This document shows, piece after piece, positions 63,980 to 64,000 of a DNA stretch of 64,000 nucleotides. The position numbers and the translations under genes are program-made. Source of the stretch: Sphaerodactylus townsendi (lineage: Eukaryota); the NCBI RefSeq assembly GCF_021028975.2, contig NC_059433.1, positions 25,668,001-25,732,000 on the forward strand, in the 5' to 3' direction. Under the pieces are notes generated by a model. The model made no database searches. It was not told the DNA's origin and saw nothing but the letters and a program-made list of their open reading frames with translations. The first letter of the stretch is position 1, and each line of letters starts with the position of its first letter.

Positions 63980-64000
63980 CAGTGGTTCTCAACCTTCCCT
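63980..64000 (-). mobile_element. Terminus of a second SPIN-like MITE, cut by the window edge
   Basis: cagtggttctcaaccttcc matches the reverse complement of the 3' end of 7321-7500. Confidence 0.55.

Noticed and set aside
1-64000. CRISPR arrays, rRNA/tRNA genes, prokaryotic operons
   Set aside because: Vertebrate DNA. The tRNA-like boxes are SINE heads and the palindromes are MITEs, not repeat-spacer arrays.

Overview
Vertebrate genomic DNA, not prokaryotic. The repeat families (Squam3-like SINEs, SPIN and other hAT MITEs) suggest a squamate, probably a gecko; that taxon call is inference. The window holds the conserved amniote block KIF13A(-), NHLRC1(-), TPMT(-), KDM1B(+). It contains KIF13A coding exons 1-2 with their CpG-island promoter, an intact 406-aa NHLRC1/malin ORF, all 8 TPMT coding exons (738 nt, 245 aa, manually spliced), the TPMT/KDM1B head-to-head promoter and the first 4 KDM1B coding exons. 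A 5.2-kb tandem duplication (28804-33993 / 33994-39228) gives a frameshifted, truncated second NHLRC1 whose error pattern points to an assembly artefact. Non-coding DNA is rich in TEs with readable TSDs: hAT and PIF/Harbinger MITEs, a SPIN MITE, a non-autonomous Helitron, a young solo LTR, SINEs and L2/CR1 fragments. The most novel-looking item is a 1.5-kb hAT element (3601-5135, perfect 8-bp TSD). It carries about 1.4 kb of GC-richer foreign DNA, including an apparently intact 228-nt exon with both splice sites, so it looks like a Pack-hAT gene-fragment capture. Most short ORFs in the supplied track are spurious. No database searches were run; family names and human comparisons come from recalled knowledge.
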